Sequence record: MW879341.1 | Length of the DNA: 64,000 bases | Reading direction: 5' to 3' (one strand) | Shown: positions 19,408 to 28,091 of the stretch, piece by piece | Layout of the letters: every line of letters begins with the position of its first letter | Numbering within the stretch: position 1 is the first letter of the stretch | Translations under genes and position numbers: made by a program | The notes under the pieces: model-generated | The model's input: the letters and a program-made list of their open reading frames with translations, nothing else | What the model was told of the DNA's origin: nothing | Database searches by the model: none

Positions 19408-19888
19408 ACCTGACCTGACTGGGGTACTTCTACCCCAGCAGCCAGCGGGTATGGAACTGAAGAAGAAAGGTAAGTATCCAGAACCCAACACTCCTCGTGT
19501 TTGTTTTGCACCTACAGTACTTCAATGCTTCCAAGCTATTTATCCTAATGTCTGCGATTTCTTTGAGAAACGTAATTATCCGCATATGGACTTTTACGTT
19601 TACTCTGTAGTGCCGGGTCAAGACATCGGTTTAATAACCAATCGAGAGATAGTGGAAAAGCGTTGGGTTCATGATGCGCATATAACCGGAGAGTGTTGGG
19701 CTACCAAACCGGTCACCGTGGGTCTTGTAGAAAAGGTACGCATTGCCAATACCAACAAGATAGAATCACTCATTTACCATCCCTTCGACGATCCTAAAGA
19801 ACCAGCCCGTACGCTAGCGCCGATCGCTGCTGAGTTTACGGTAACGCCAGTTCCAGGGAGTCGTCGCTGGATGCACGTTAGAGGGTAA
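19385..19888 (+). CDS. Putative ADP-ribosyltransferase-fold protein (Arr-like motif order)
   Basis: LHLS..G.L.P ... PRVCFAPT ... FYVYSV ... DAHITGECW..P. ATG 19385 overlaps the upstream gene; the ORF track starts at 19346. Confidence 0.4.
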   Translation: MLLHLSFKPDLTGVLLPQQPAGMELKKKGKYPEPNTPRVCFAPTVLQCFQAIYPNVCDFFEKRNYPHMDFYVYSVVPGQDIGLITNREIVEKRWVHDAHITGECWATKPVTVGLVEKVRIANTNKIESLIYHPFDDPKEPARTLAPIAAEFTVTPVPGSRRWMHVRG

Positions 19889-19889
19889 T

Positions 19890-20981
19890 ATGACCACCGA
19901 TGAAATTATCGCTCAGATGTCCGCTGAGACTGAGAAGTGTCGTACTGAGCCGTTAGATAAGTTTCTAGTGGACGTGGCTAATAATGCACGCTACTGGTCT
20001 AAGGTAGGTAAGACTCCAGAGGACATCGCCACCGGTACAACCTTTAGCCTGTTGGTTATGATGGACGGTGGGAACTTAGGTTCCCCAGCCATCGACATGG
20101 CTTACGCACCAGACCCTGATGATGTTAAACCAGGGTTTACGTTAGAAGACTACTCCAAAGTCTTCAATGACTCATCCCAGATGCATGAGTTATTCTACCC
20201 AGTGTATCGTGAAGTTGTTAAAGACGATACCGCATCTGAGTTCCACCCTAACAACGAAGGTAAGGTAACTATGTTACATAAGCTCTACAGTGCAGTAGAG
20301 TCGGAGTTGAAGAACCTCGACCCGGCTGAGTTCGATGGAGCTGATTCCGGCCATCGCGCAGCGTTCATTGCAAAACACATCGTAGACCATATCGAAGCTG
20401 TCCGTGTTGAAGAATCGAAGGTCGCACCGATGATGCCAGTAATGCCAGCTGACGTTAAAGACCCGTACGGTTGGTTAGTGGAGAATATCCCTAACTACGT
20501 TGGGTTGAGTGACGCCCGTAAAATCGAACTGAAGCAGCTCTACACACAGGACGTGAGTAAACTGCGTGATAGTGTCAACGACTTCATGGAGCGTATGCGC
20601 GAGGAGTTCACACACCTCGACGCCATTACGTTAATCTCACAACCCACCTTCAATACCGTGGTACCTCGTGAAGAACGCATCCAACAGTTTATCGCTAACT
20701 GTGCGAACGTCGCTGAGTTCTATGGTCAGAATGCCGATACACCGGCAGAAGCAGCAGAAGGTGCTGTGGGTAGTATCCTGGCGATGTTTGATGGCGGTGG
20801 TGATCTGCCTCCACTCGATATCGTCCCAACGGTTATTCCTGAACTTATCCAGGAGTACAATGCTGAAGGTGAAGCAGGTTGGCCTGCCGAGAGCATCAAT
20901 TCCGATACTGGTCTGTTAGAGCGGTTTAAGGATGAGATGGCTGTTCGCATGGCTTCGTCTGCGGCATCTGCACTGGAGTAA
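19890..20981 (+). CDS. Hypothetical protein with a duplicated domain
   Basis: GTTFSLLVMMDGG..PAID near the N-terminus and GAVGSILAMFDGG..PPLD near the C-terminus. Confidence 0.75.
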   Translation: MTTDEIIAQMSAETEKCRTEPLDKFLVDVANNARYWSKVGKTPEDIATGTTFSLLVMMDGGNLGSPAIDMAYAPDPDDVKPGFTLEDYSKVFNDSSQMHELFYPVYREVVKDDTASEFHPNNEGKVTMLHKLYSAVESELKNLDPAEFDGADSGHRAAFIAKHIVDHIEAVRVEESKVAPMMPVMPADVKDPYGWLVENIPNYVGLSDARKIELKQLYTQDVSKLRDSVNDFMERMREEFTHLDAITLISQPTFNTVVPREERIQQFIANCANVAEFYGQNADTPAEAAEGAVGSILAMFDGGGDLPPLDIVPTVIPELIQEYNAEGEAGWPAESINSDTGLLERFKDEMAVRMASSAASALE

Positions 20982-20984
20982 ACT

Positions 20985-21662
20985 ATGGCTATCGATATCA
21001 CGTTTCGAGATTGGCTTGCAAACCATGTAGGTACTAAGACCGAGCCGAAGGAACCACCCTTCGAGTTGATCGCGATAGCTGGGCCAGACGGTGCAACTGC
21101 TTACTATAGCGTCGAGGCGTTAAGTCTCGACGCAGTTCGCATGTCGATGGAGCACACAAATGCGGTCGGTTACTACGTGCCTAACGCACTACCTAATCTC
21201 CCTGCGTCTGTTGTTCTATTTGTTCCTAAGGTCGAGTCGTATCTGGAGATCAAATCTTTCCTAGCTGGTAACGTTAGAACGATTTTAACGACTGGTGTGG
21301 TTGAATTTGATAAACAGATACACCGTCTAACGGTCAACGGCGACTTCCCGTATCTAAACACCTTCCTAAACCGTCTCAGAGCGATTCTAACGAGTTTATC
21401 TGCAACGGAGCTGGCTAAGGTTAACAAATACGTAGACGCCAATAGCGTGGCTCTGATAGACCTTGGCAACTTACACGATGCTGAGCTTTATTTACCACTG
21501 AAAACACGTTCGGGCGTACCTGCGTGGTTAGTCGTTCCAGTCGATGGTCGTTGGTACTTAGCCGTACGATACACGATCACTGGGCAACGCGTAGTATTCA
21601 CTGAACAAAACTTACCGGGTGTGCGTTTAGCCGATGCCATCCAACTGATTATAGGAGACTAG
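20985..21662 (+). CDS. Hypothetical protein, possibly a processed virion protein
   Basis: 225 aa, GGAG RBS, SVE and SME motifs near residues 45-57. Confidence 0.65.
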   Translation: MAIDITFRDWLANHVGTKTEPKEPPFELIAIAGPDGATAYYSVEALSLDAVRMSMEHTNAVGYYVPNALPNLPASVVLFVPKVESYLEIKSFLAGNVRTILTTGVVEFDKQIHRLTVNGDFPYLNTFLNRLRAILTSLSATELAKVNKYVDANSVALIDLGNLHDAELYLPLKTRSGVPAWLVVPVDGRWYLAVRYTITGQRVVFTEQNLPGVRLADAIQLIIGD

Positions 21663-21669
21663 AAACACA

Positions 21670-21861
21670 ATGCGTTGTGTATTATGCCATAAAGCGAAAG
21701 AGATGAATAAATTTGATCCGGTGGAGTGGGGTGAGTGCGCTCCTGTCTGCCATACGTGCAACGATAGTCCTCCAACGGCAAAGTTATCAACTGTGACTTT
21801 GTGTTGGGTGATTATTCTAGTACTTGTATCCATTGCGTTTACGATTAAGGACTACCAGTGA
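21670..21861 (+). CDS. Small membrane protein with a Zn-finger-like CxxC..CxxC motif
   Basis: CVLCH ... CAPVCHTC followed by a C-terminal hydrophobic helix; GGAGA RBS; overlaps DHFR (GTGA). Confidence 0.6.
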   Translation: MRCVLCHKAKEMNKFDPVEWGECAPVCHTCNDSPPTAKLSTVTLCWVIILVLVSIAFTIKDYQ

Positions 21862-22367
21862 TTAAAGCTATTATCGCCGTCGAATTACACAGCCGTGGTA
21901 TCGGTATCAATAACCAGTTACCGTGGCGTATTCCGTCTGACCTGAAACACTTCAAAGAAACAACGATGGGTGATTCGGTGTTGATGGGTTATAACACCAT
22001 GCTTTCGTTGGGCAAACCGTTACCGGGTCGTACCAACTACGTCTTGACACGTTTCAAAGAACCTAACTTACCGGAAGGGTTCGTAGGTGTTCAGATGGTT
22101 CAGGGTCTTCGTGATTTCTTTGCCCTCGTTGGCAAGCGTGAAGACCTCTGGGTTATCGGCGGTGCTAAGACTTACGAGATCTGCGCGCCGTATATTAAAG
22201 AGTGGGTAATTACCTGGGTAGATGCTCCGGGCGTTGCGGTGGATTGCGTGTGGGATGATTCTGTCCTGCAAGAGTTCGTACCTATGGGGAACCTCCCAAT
22301 TGCACCGAGTGAGAAAGATGAACACTCGTACCAGATCACCCAATACCAACGCCGTACCGACAAATAA
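21858..22367 (+). CDS. folA: Dihydrofolate reductase
   Basis: Canonical motifs GIGINNQLPW, DLKHFKETT, MGYNT, PLPGRTNYVLT and IGGAKTY. Confidence 0.97.
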   Translation: MIKAIIAVELHSRGIGINNQLPWRIPSDLKHFKETTMGDSVLMGYNTMLSLGKPLPGRTNYVLTRFKEPNLPEGFVGVQMVQGLRDFFALVGKREDLWVIGGAKTYEICAPYIKEWVITWVDAPGVAVDCVWDDSVLQEFVPMGNLPIAPSEKDEHSYQITQYQRRTDK

Positions 22368-22372
22368 ATAGG

Positions 22373-22401
22373 TCACCTCCGTAAGGGGGTGATTTTATGC
22401 C
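22373..22401 (+). terminator. Hairpin TCACCTCC-GTAA-GGGGGTGA followed by TTTTATGCC
   Basis: Stem-loop and T-tract after the DHFR stop. Confidence 0.75.
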
Positions 22402-22424
22402 CCTTTACAAAAACGAGGTTTACA

Positions 22425-22892
22425 ATGAAAAGCTTTCTGAGAACGATCTTACCTAACGACCCAGCTCCACAGCAACACGTAGAACTCCCATTCGATTTCA
22501 AGACGCTGCTGAACTTCAACCGTACGTTGAGTGTCCGTAACGGGGAGACCCACACTCAGCCTGAAGGTGAGAGAGCCATAGGTCGTTCTTTGTATATTGA
22601 GTCGGTAGAGTTTAATGTTGGCGGTGAACATGTACAGTTACGCACTGAGGGTTCTCCTTACTTTAGATTCATGCTTCCAGTAACAGGTGAAAGTAAAACG
22701 GTAGTCATACAAACGCCAGAATGCGTACGTATGTTGATTGGTCCTGAAAATGCACACCCTGTTCGATTCACAGTGAGTGGTGCTTACGATGAAACAAGCG
22801 GTCACCTGAATGTGGTGGGTACATTACTACCACACAACAACCTGGTACCTATTTTAATCAACCGTTTCCATTTAGTTTATTCAGAGGTTTAA
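22425..22892 (+). CDS. Hypothetical protein
   Basis: ATG 22425 with GAGGT RBS; about 155 aa. Confidence 0.7.
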   Translation: MKSFLRTILPNDPAPQQHVELPFDFKTLLNFNRTLSVRNGETHTQPEGERAIGRSLYIESVEFNVGGEHVQLRTEGSPYFRFMLPVTGESKTVVIQTPECVRMLIGPENAHPVRFTVSGAYDETSGHLNVVGTLLPHNNLVPILINRFHLVYSEV

Positions 22893-22893
22893 A

Positions 22894-24654
22894 ATGAACG
22901 TACAAGATATCCAAATCGCAGGCGTTATCGCCACCACCGCTGATGGTAAGATCGTTGACCGTGAGTTATTCAAGGGTCTGACCTGGGAAGGTAAGTTCTA
23001 CGAGTCAGTTGAGCCGGTTCAGATCATCAGCGCACAGAACATCATTCGTGTGGTACTCAACGACGAATGCAATGAAATCGTCAGCGCCGATTTGATCATT
23101 GGCATGACGCCAATCCCCAACCCAAATCATGAAGAACCCAAAGACATCACCGTCGAGTTCACGACTCTCCAGGAGTGGTCGCCTGACGTAGAAGCCGTTC
23201 GTACGCAAATCGAGCGTATGACTCGTCGTGGTGACCCTCGTGTGTCCAGTGGGATGGACCCTAAGGTATTGTTGGATGCTGAGATTGAACGCTTGGGTCG
23301 ACTCAACGCACACAAGTCGGATGTTGGGATTACATTCAACCTCCCACACGGCGGTCAACAATTGACGATGACTCAACCTAAGTCACGTTACCCGCATCGA
23401 TTGTCTGGACTGATGACCGACGAGGAAGGTCCGCTGAATCTGGACCTGGAAGCACACTTCGCTAGTTGGAAGTTTGACCCAACTGCCGGTAGTGACCAAC
23501 TGGATGCTCCAAAGGGTCGTGTACTGGAAGACGCAGAAATCGACTTCGTTGTTCCGTTAAGTAATAGTCGGTTGATGATTGCTCCAAACTCTGCGATGGT
23601 TTGCGACAAAGTCATTCCGGTTCTACAGTCGATCGAAAGCTCACCTAAAGAACCAAAGAACTATCTGATTGTCAACATCGCTAAAGACGACACTAAGTAC
23701 TGCGGGTATATCCTGAGGTCGGTAGTGTTGGGTGACATTATTCACAACGTGAACATTATCCCAGAGTTGCCCGCTAACACCCAATGGTTGTCTGGTGACG
23801 AGCATAAGAAAATTGTGTTCCGTCCAATGCCTTACTTGTCTACGATTTATGATGACAAGTCAATCAACAGCATCCTGCGTAATGTCAACTCAGTGTTTTT
23901 AGCTACCAACGTTGATTTGGTGTTGTGCACGTATCAGGGTCGGGTGTTGTACGGCGACTCAGCGATGGAGTTGTGCGGTGTACCGGTTCGTGTACTCGAT
24001 CCCGATGACTTCATTCCGTCGCACCGTTCAAACGTACTGTTCCTGGACTACGATAGTTATCCAGGCGTACCGACTCGTGCAACGCTCTGCCCGAATGCTG
24101 AGCTTACACCAGAGGGTGTGAATCGTAGTGAGTTCGGTGGAGACATCGCCGTCCCAATCGACCAGTTAAACCTGACGTCAAACTTCGCTAAGTATCCTGC
24201 TGCACACAAAGGCGGCGATGATCTTGATGAAGTCTTGGCTAACGTTACCTCGACGGAACCACTCGTTGTCGCACCTACCGTTACCGGCAGTAAGTCAGTT
24301 TACTATGTTGCAGTACACGGCGGTGAAATCGTGATGGCTGACCCTAATACTGCCGACGTGGTGGCTATGGGTAAGTTGCTTGTTGTTAACTCTCACAAGG
24401 ACGCACCTGAAGGGCTGGTTGATGTCGTGCTGGGTGAGTACGACACTATCCCAGGTAGACCTTCAGCGGTTTACCGTGCTAACGATGTAGACCTGAAAGA
24501 ACTACTGGCTACTGGACAGATTACTATTCCGATGATTGCACGGAGTAGTAGCGGGTTCGATATTCCAGGTATCCGTTTCAAGACTTACCTGCCTTACGCC
24601 ATTGCTATTGACCACAACGAGTTCCAGTATCCTCGTTTCAACTTAACTAAATAA
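22894..24654 (+). CDS. Hypothetical protein, probably multi-domain
   Basis: 586 aa, GAGGT RBS; no motif recognised. Confidence 0.75.
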   Translation: MNVQDIQIAGVIATTADGKIVDRELFKGLTWEGKFYESVEPVQIISAQNIIRVVLNDECNEIVSADLIIGMTPIPNPNHEEPKDITVEFTTLQEWSPDVEAVRTQIERMTRRGDPRVSSGMDPKVLLDAEIERLGRLNAHKSDVGITFNLPHGGQQLTMTQPKSRYPHRLSGLMTDEEGPLNLDLEAHFASWKFDPTAGSDQLDAPKGRVLEDAEIDFVVPLSNSRLMIAPNSAMVCDKVIPVLQSIESSPKEPKNYLIVNIAKDDTKYCGYILRSVVLGDIIHNVNIIPELPANTQWLSGDEHKKIVFRPMPYLSTIYDDKSINSILRNVNSVFLATNVDLVLCTYQGRVLYGDSAMELCGVPVRVLDPDDFIPSHRSNVLFLDYDSYPGVPTRATLCPNAELTPEGVNRSEFGGDIAVPIDQLNLTSNFAKYPAAHKGGDDLDEVLANVTSTEPLVVAPTVTGSKSVYYVAVHGGEIVMADPNTADVVAMGKLLVVNSHKDAPEGLVDVVLGEYDTIPGRPSAVYRANDVDLKELLATGQITIPMIARSSSGFDIPGIRFKTYLPYAIAIDHNEFQYPRFNLTK

Positions 24655-24663
24655 GGTTTGAAG

Positions 24664-25074
24664 ATGATTGATGTATTAGTTCGTGTATTGATGGATAAGA
24701 ACGTAGCTTATCTGTCAGAACAAAATGCCTGCGACACCGCGTTGTTGGAAAAGCTCCATGATGACATTCTGGGTCTGGTAAACAACACTGCCATTCCAGT
24801 TAGTTGCTACGAGACTGGACACACCGATGGTGTTGTTGAGTTTAACTTCGGCACCCACACCGTTCAACTGCAACCAGCACAAGGCGAACATAAACGCCGC
24901 CTGATTATTCAGTATGGCGAAGGTACTGTTGCTCGTGATGGTACACGCACTGGCAGTTTAGTGACGCGTAAGATCATTGAGTGGTTAGATCTGAAGACGA
25001 CGTACGGTGGTGAGCATCGTCTGAACGTGGATATCACTGGTACCAAGCTCCGCATCGAAATTACATTCAACTAA
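24664..25074 (+). CDS. Hypothetical protein
   Basis: About 136 aa, AAGG RBS, followed by a terminator. Confidence 0.7.
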   Translation: MIDVLVRVLMDKNVAYLSEQNACDTALLEKLHDDILGLVNNTAIPVSCYETGHTDGVVEFNFGTHTVQLQPAQGEHKRRLIIQYGEGTVARDGTRTGSLVTRKIIEWLDLKTTYGGEHRLNVDITGTKLRIEITFN

Positions 25075-25080
25075 GCATCG

Positions 25081-25113
25081 CCTCCTTACCTTCGGGTAAG
25101 GAGGTTTTATGCC
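25081..25113 (+). terminator. Hairpin terminator identical to 585..617
   Basis: 33/33 nt identity: CCTCCTTACCTTCGGGTAAGGAGGTTTTATGCC. Confidence 0.85.
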
Positions 25114-25155
25114 TTTTTTCTTTTTTGTTCGATTTTATGACAGAGGAGAATAAAG

Positions 25156-25704
25156 ATGCCAGCATCAATACCGTTGGTGACCACCCACATAAACCGTGAG
25201 TTGGTTGCCTACTACGCCAAACAAACACAGTTACTAAATGCCATTGACGAATGGGTATTGGTGCCTGATTACAAACTACTACCTGAGCTAGTCAGACTCA
25301 GACATCTCGTAAATAAGCATCAACCACACCGTGACGCTAAGACGGTTCTGTATCGTGGGTTCACCGTAGGGGCTAACTATCAGAACGATTTGAAGGTAGA
25401 CCTGAAAGGGAAATACAACGACCTGAAAAGACCTATCGGCGTAACGTTTGATCATCCGACTAGCTTTACGACAGAGAAAAGTATTGCCGAGACGTTTGGC
25501 GATACAGTGATCAGTATCCGACCTGGAGCACACCTCAATAAGTTCTTACGACTTACTGATGAACTCTGTCTGGCTATCTGTGAACATCGAAAGATTGATC
25601 CAGAGACACAATGTGAATGGATCTTCTTACCCTACGAACCAACTGAGTTCATGACGACATTTATACGTCATGAGAAACCGAAGTGGTATGAATTCTGGAA
25701 GTAA
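25156..25704 (+). CDS. Putative ADP-ribosyltransferase (R-S-E clade)
   Basis: VLYRGF, TSFTT..IAETFG and QCEWIFLP occur in the canonical order; GAGGAG RBS; stand-alone transcription unit. Confidence 0.65.
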   Translation: MPASIPLVTTHINRELVAYYAKQTQLLNAIDEWVLVPDYKLLPELVRLRHLVNKHQPHRDAKTVLYRGFTVGANYQNDLKVDLKGKYNDLKRPIGVTFDHPTSFTTEKSIAETFGDTVISIRPGAHLNKFLRLTDELCLAICEHRKIDPETQCEWIFLPYEPTEFMTTFIRHEKPKWYEFWK

Positions 25705-25748
25705 GGCATAAAAGGCTACTCACCCGACCCTCCGGTCTGGGTGAGTAG
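25705..25748 (-). terminator. Hairpin between convergent genes; TTTTATGCC tail on the minus strand
   Basis: GGCATAAAA followed by CTACTCACCCGACC-loop-GGTCTGGGTGAGTAG. Confidence 0.75.
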
Positions 25749-25845
25749 TGGGTATAATACCCTATGCATCAATGTGATACTACAATGGATTTGGTTGTGC
25801 TAGTGAACGGTAGTCTTTACTGCTTATATCGGTTGACTGATTCGG

Positions 25846-27408
25846 TTAGGCTGCGAAGTCCATCCAGCCATTGCCCCCACCTTGCGAGTTAGCGTTGCCG
25901 CCCACTTTCCTACGAGACATGTCTGGACCACCGACATCTTCTGGAATACCCAATGCAGGGTGGAACTTGTACACACAATACAGATCTTCTTCCTTCGTAA
26001 TACCCACCTTACGGTGTTTACCACGCTGGATAGTAAGGAACGATTCGCCGTCGACTTTCTCAATGTGGATTAACAGTTCCAGGTCGACTTCTTGGTCGAT
26101 GACACGACAGCCATCCCAATAACCTTTGTTAGCAATTTCTTTAACAAAGGACTCAGTACCATTACGCAGTAGGTTCTTAGCTTCAGAGCTGATCTGGTGC
26201 GGTGTGATAACTGTGATGCCACGCGGGTTACAGTAGTTACGTACACGACGGAACAAGTCACGCACGTCCGTACCCGTAGCACCGGTGACGCAGCCTTCTT
26301 TCGACATCATGTTCAGGTAGTCGATAGTCAGCAAGTGAATCTCATAACCCTGAGATTCATATTTGTTCAGCAGGTTAAAGAGTTTCTGGTAGTTGAACAT
26401 ACTTGGGTTCACACGGAGCATAGTCACGGTGTAGCCAGTACGTTCCAGATGCACTTTAACATACGATGCAATTTCAGCATAGAACTCTGGATTGTTCTTG
26501 GCGTCTTCTGCCAGCTGGGTAATCTCCAGCTTCTGTCCAGTCTCCTGCGCTTTCAATGTCACGTACAGTTGAATCACGTTATCTTTAACGGAGTTCTCTG
26601 TACTGATGTGTAAGATCATCGGCTTCTTAGTTGGATCACGCATGTATGGCGTTGCGTTCATCGCAATCTGACGAGTCAGGTCTAAGGTAAAGCCCGTTTT
26701 AAAGTTGTGCTGTAGTGCGCCAACAACAATAAAGTCACCACGACGGAAACCACCGTACTCACCCATCATTCGGTTGAGTCCTTGCCAACGAGTTTGCATA
26801 ATCCCGTCAGCACCAGACTCTTCTAAACCACGACGGATTGCGTCTGTCAGTGTCGAAACGTCAGAAGTATTAATCTCATCAACGATAGCGGCGTCAGCAG
26901 CTTCAAAACGTTGGCCAGTAAATGGTTCAAGCTCACCTTTAAATTCCGACATAAAGGAAGCCCAATCAATTGACTCTTCTTCGAAAGCCAATCGACTACT
27001 ATACTTCTTCACAACGCCCTTGATATCCTCACGCTCTTTATAAGCATAGAGGTCATTGCGGTGTTCTGAACACTGCGCTTTGATCGTCTCAGGAGTCTCT
27101 TCTAAACCTAGACCTTCTTCAATGGCAGTGAATAAACCTTCCTCAGCAGAGACGTTCACACGCAATCTTTGCAGTAAAGATGTTTTATCGTATGTATGTG
27201 TGTGGGATTGTTCCGTCATCCACGCCGCTGTTGACTTCATTCCGTTCAATGCATCTGTACTCGACTCGGTACCAAAACCGTTGTCGATGTTTTTCATACG
27301 ACCCAGGATTTCCTTAACCAGGCTCGCTGAGTTATCTACGGGGTTTTGCACGCGCGATTCCCAATAGAGTAACATGATGCATTTGAACAATACGAGTTTA
27401 GTATCCAT
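25846..27408 (-). CDS. dnaB: Replicative DnaB-like helicase (phiKZ gp118 type)
   Basis: GGFRRGDFIVVGALQHNFKT (variant Walker A), LHISTEN, LLTIDYL (Walker B), TPHQIS and QRGKHR; divergent from the capsid gene as in phiKZ-like phages. Confidence 0.9.
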   Translation of the reverse strand: MDTKLVLFKCIMLLYWESRVQNPVDNSASLVKEILGRMKNIDNGFGTESSTDALNGMKSTAAWMTEQSHTHTYDKTSLLQRLRVNVSAEEGLFTAIEEGLGLEETPETIKAQCSEHRNDLYAYKEREDIKGVVKKYSSRLAFEEESIDWASFMSEFKGELEPFTGQRFEAADAAIVDEINTSDVSTLTDAIRRGLEESGADGIMQTRWQGLNRMMGEYGGFRRGDFIVVGALQHNFKTGFTLDLTRQIAMNATPYMRDPTKKPMILHISTENSVKDNVIQLYVTLKAQETGQKLEITQLAEDAKNNPEFYAEIASYVKVHLERTGYTVTMLRVNPSMFNYQKLFNLLNKYESQGYEIHLLTIDYLNMMSKEGCVTGATGTDVRDLFRRVRNYCNPRGITVITPHQISSEAKNLLRNGTESFVKEIANKGYWDGCRVIDQEVDLELLIHIEKVDGESFLTIQRGKHRKVGITKEEDLYCVYKFHPALGIPEDVGGPDMSRRKVGGNANSQGGGNGWMDFAA

Positions 27409-27458
27409 TGTAAGTCATACCTTAGTTTTAATTTTGCTTCTATAAAGAAGGAATATTT

Positions 27459-28004
27459 ATGAACGTAAGTCTGGTTGACACACTGTATGTCAGTGCCGTC
27501 CCACCCTGGCTCACTCAGCAAGTCGACTCCGGTCGCCTCGCTCTGAAAGATCTGGAAAGTTTCTCACGTTTAGCTAGCATATTATCTGAGCGCGATGTTT
27601 CTTTTTATTATATTTACAGTAAACGTCTGCAAGCTTTAACCGACGGTGTGTATGATGGTATGAAGAACATCATCAATCACCCCGACAATGTCCAGTGGGC
27701 TAACGAGCACGCTGAGTTGTTGAAAGAGTGTGAAGACTCTGTAGATCTCTCTAATTTTATGTCTACTGTTAATGCAGGCGACTTAGAACCTAGTGACATC
27801 CGCAAAGCATTCTATGAGCCACGCGCACTCGGCAGTGCCACCCTCTTTTTACTGGGTCGGTCTAAATCAATATATGTGACGTATGTTGATTATTTTTCCG
27901 CCGCAATGAGCGAGCTCTCCCGGATGGTCGGATACGACCAAGCTGTGAACTCAGGCGTTCTGGACGCATTCATTGTAGCAAACCAAAAACTGAGCTCCGT
28001 CTAA
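27459..28004 (+). CDS. Conserved protein between helicase and MCP (phiKZ gp119-like position)
   Basis: 181 aa, AAGGA RBS, recalled synteny. Confidence 0.65.
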   Translation: MNVSLVDTLYVSAVPPWLTQQVDSGRLALKDLESFSRLASILSERDVSFYYIYSKRLQALTDGVYDGMKNIINHPDNVQWANEHAELLKECEDSVDLSNFMSTVNAGDLEPSDIRKAFYEPRALGSATLFLLGRSKSIYVTYVDYFSAAMSELSRMVGYDQAVNSGVLDAFIVANQKLSSV

Positions 28005-28091
28005 GAAACCACCGCTAAATACGGTAATACTATGCATTATCGTTTTTGAACGGTCGTAGCTTTAAATTCAACGTTGAAGGAAATAAAAGAA

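Noticed and set aside
26640-26740. Non-canonical helicase Walker A (ALQHNFKT)
   Set aside because: Recalled as a normal trait of phiKZ-type DnaB proteins, so not novel; no intein was seen.
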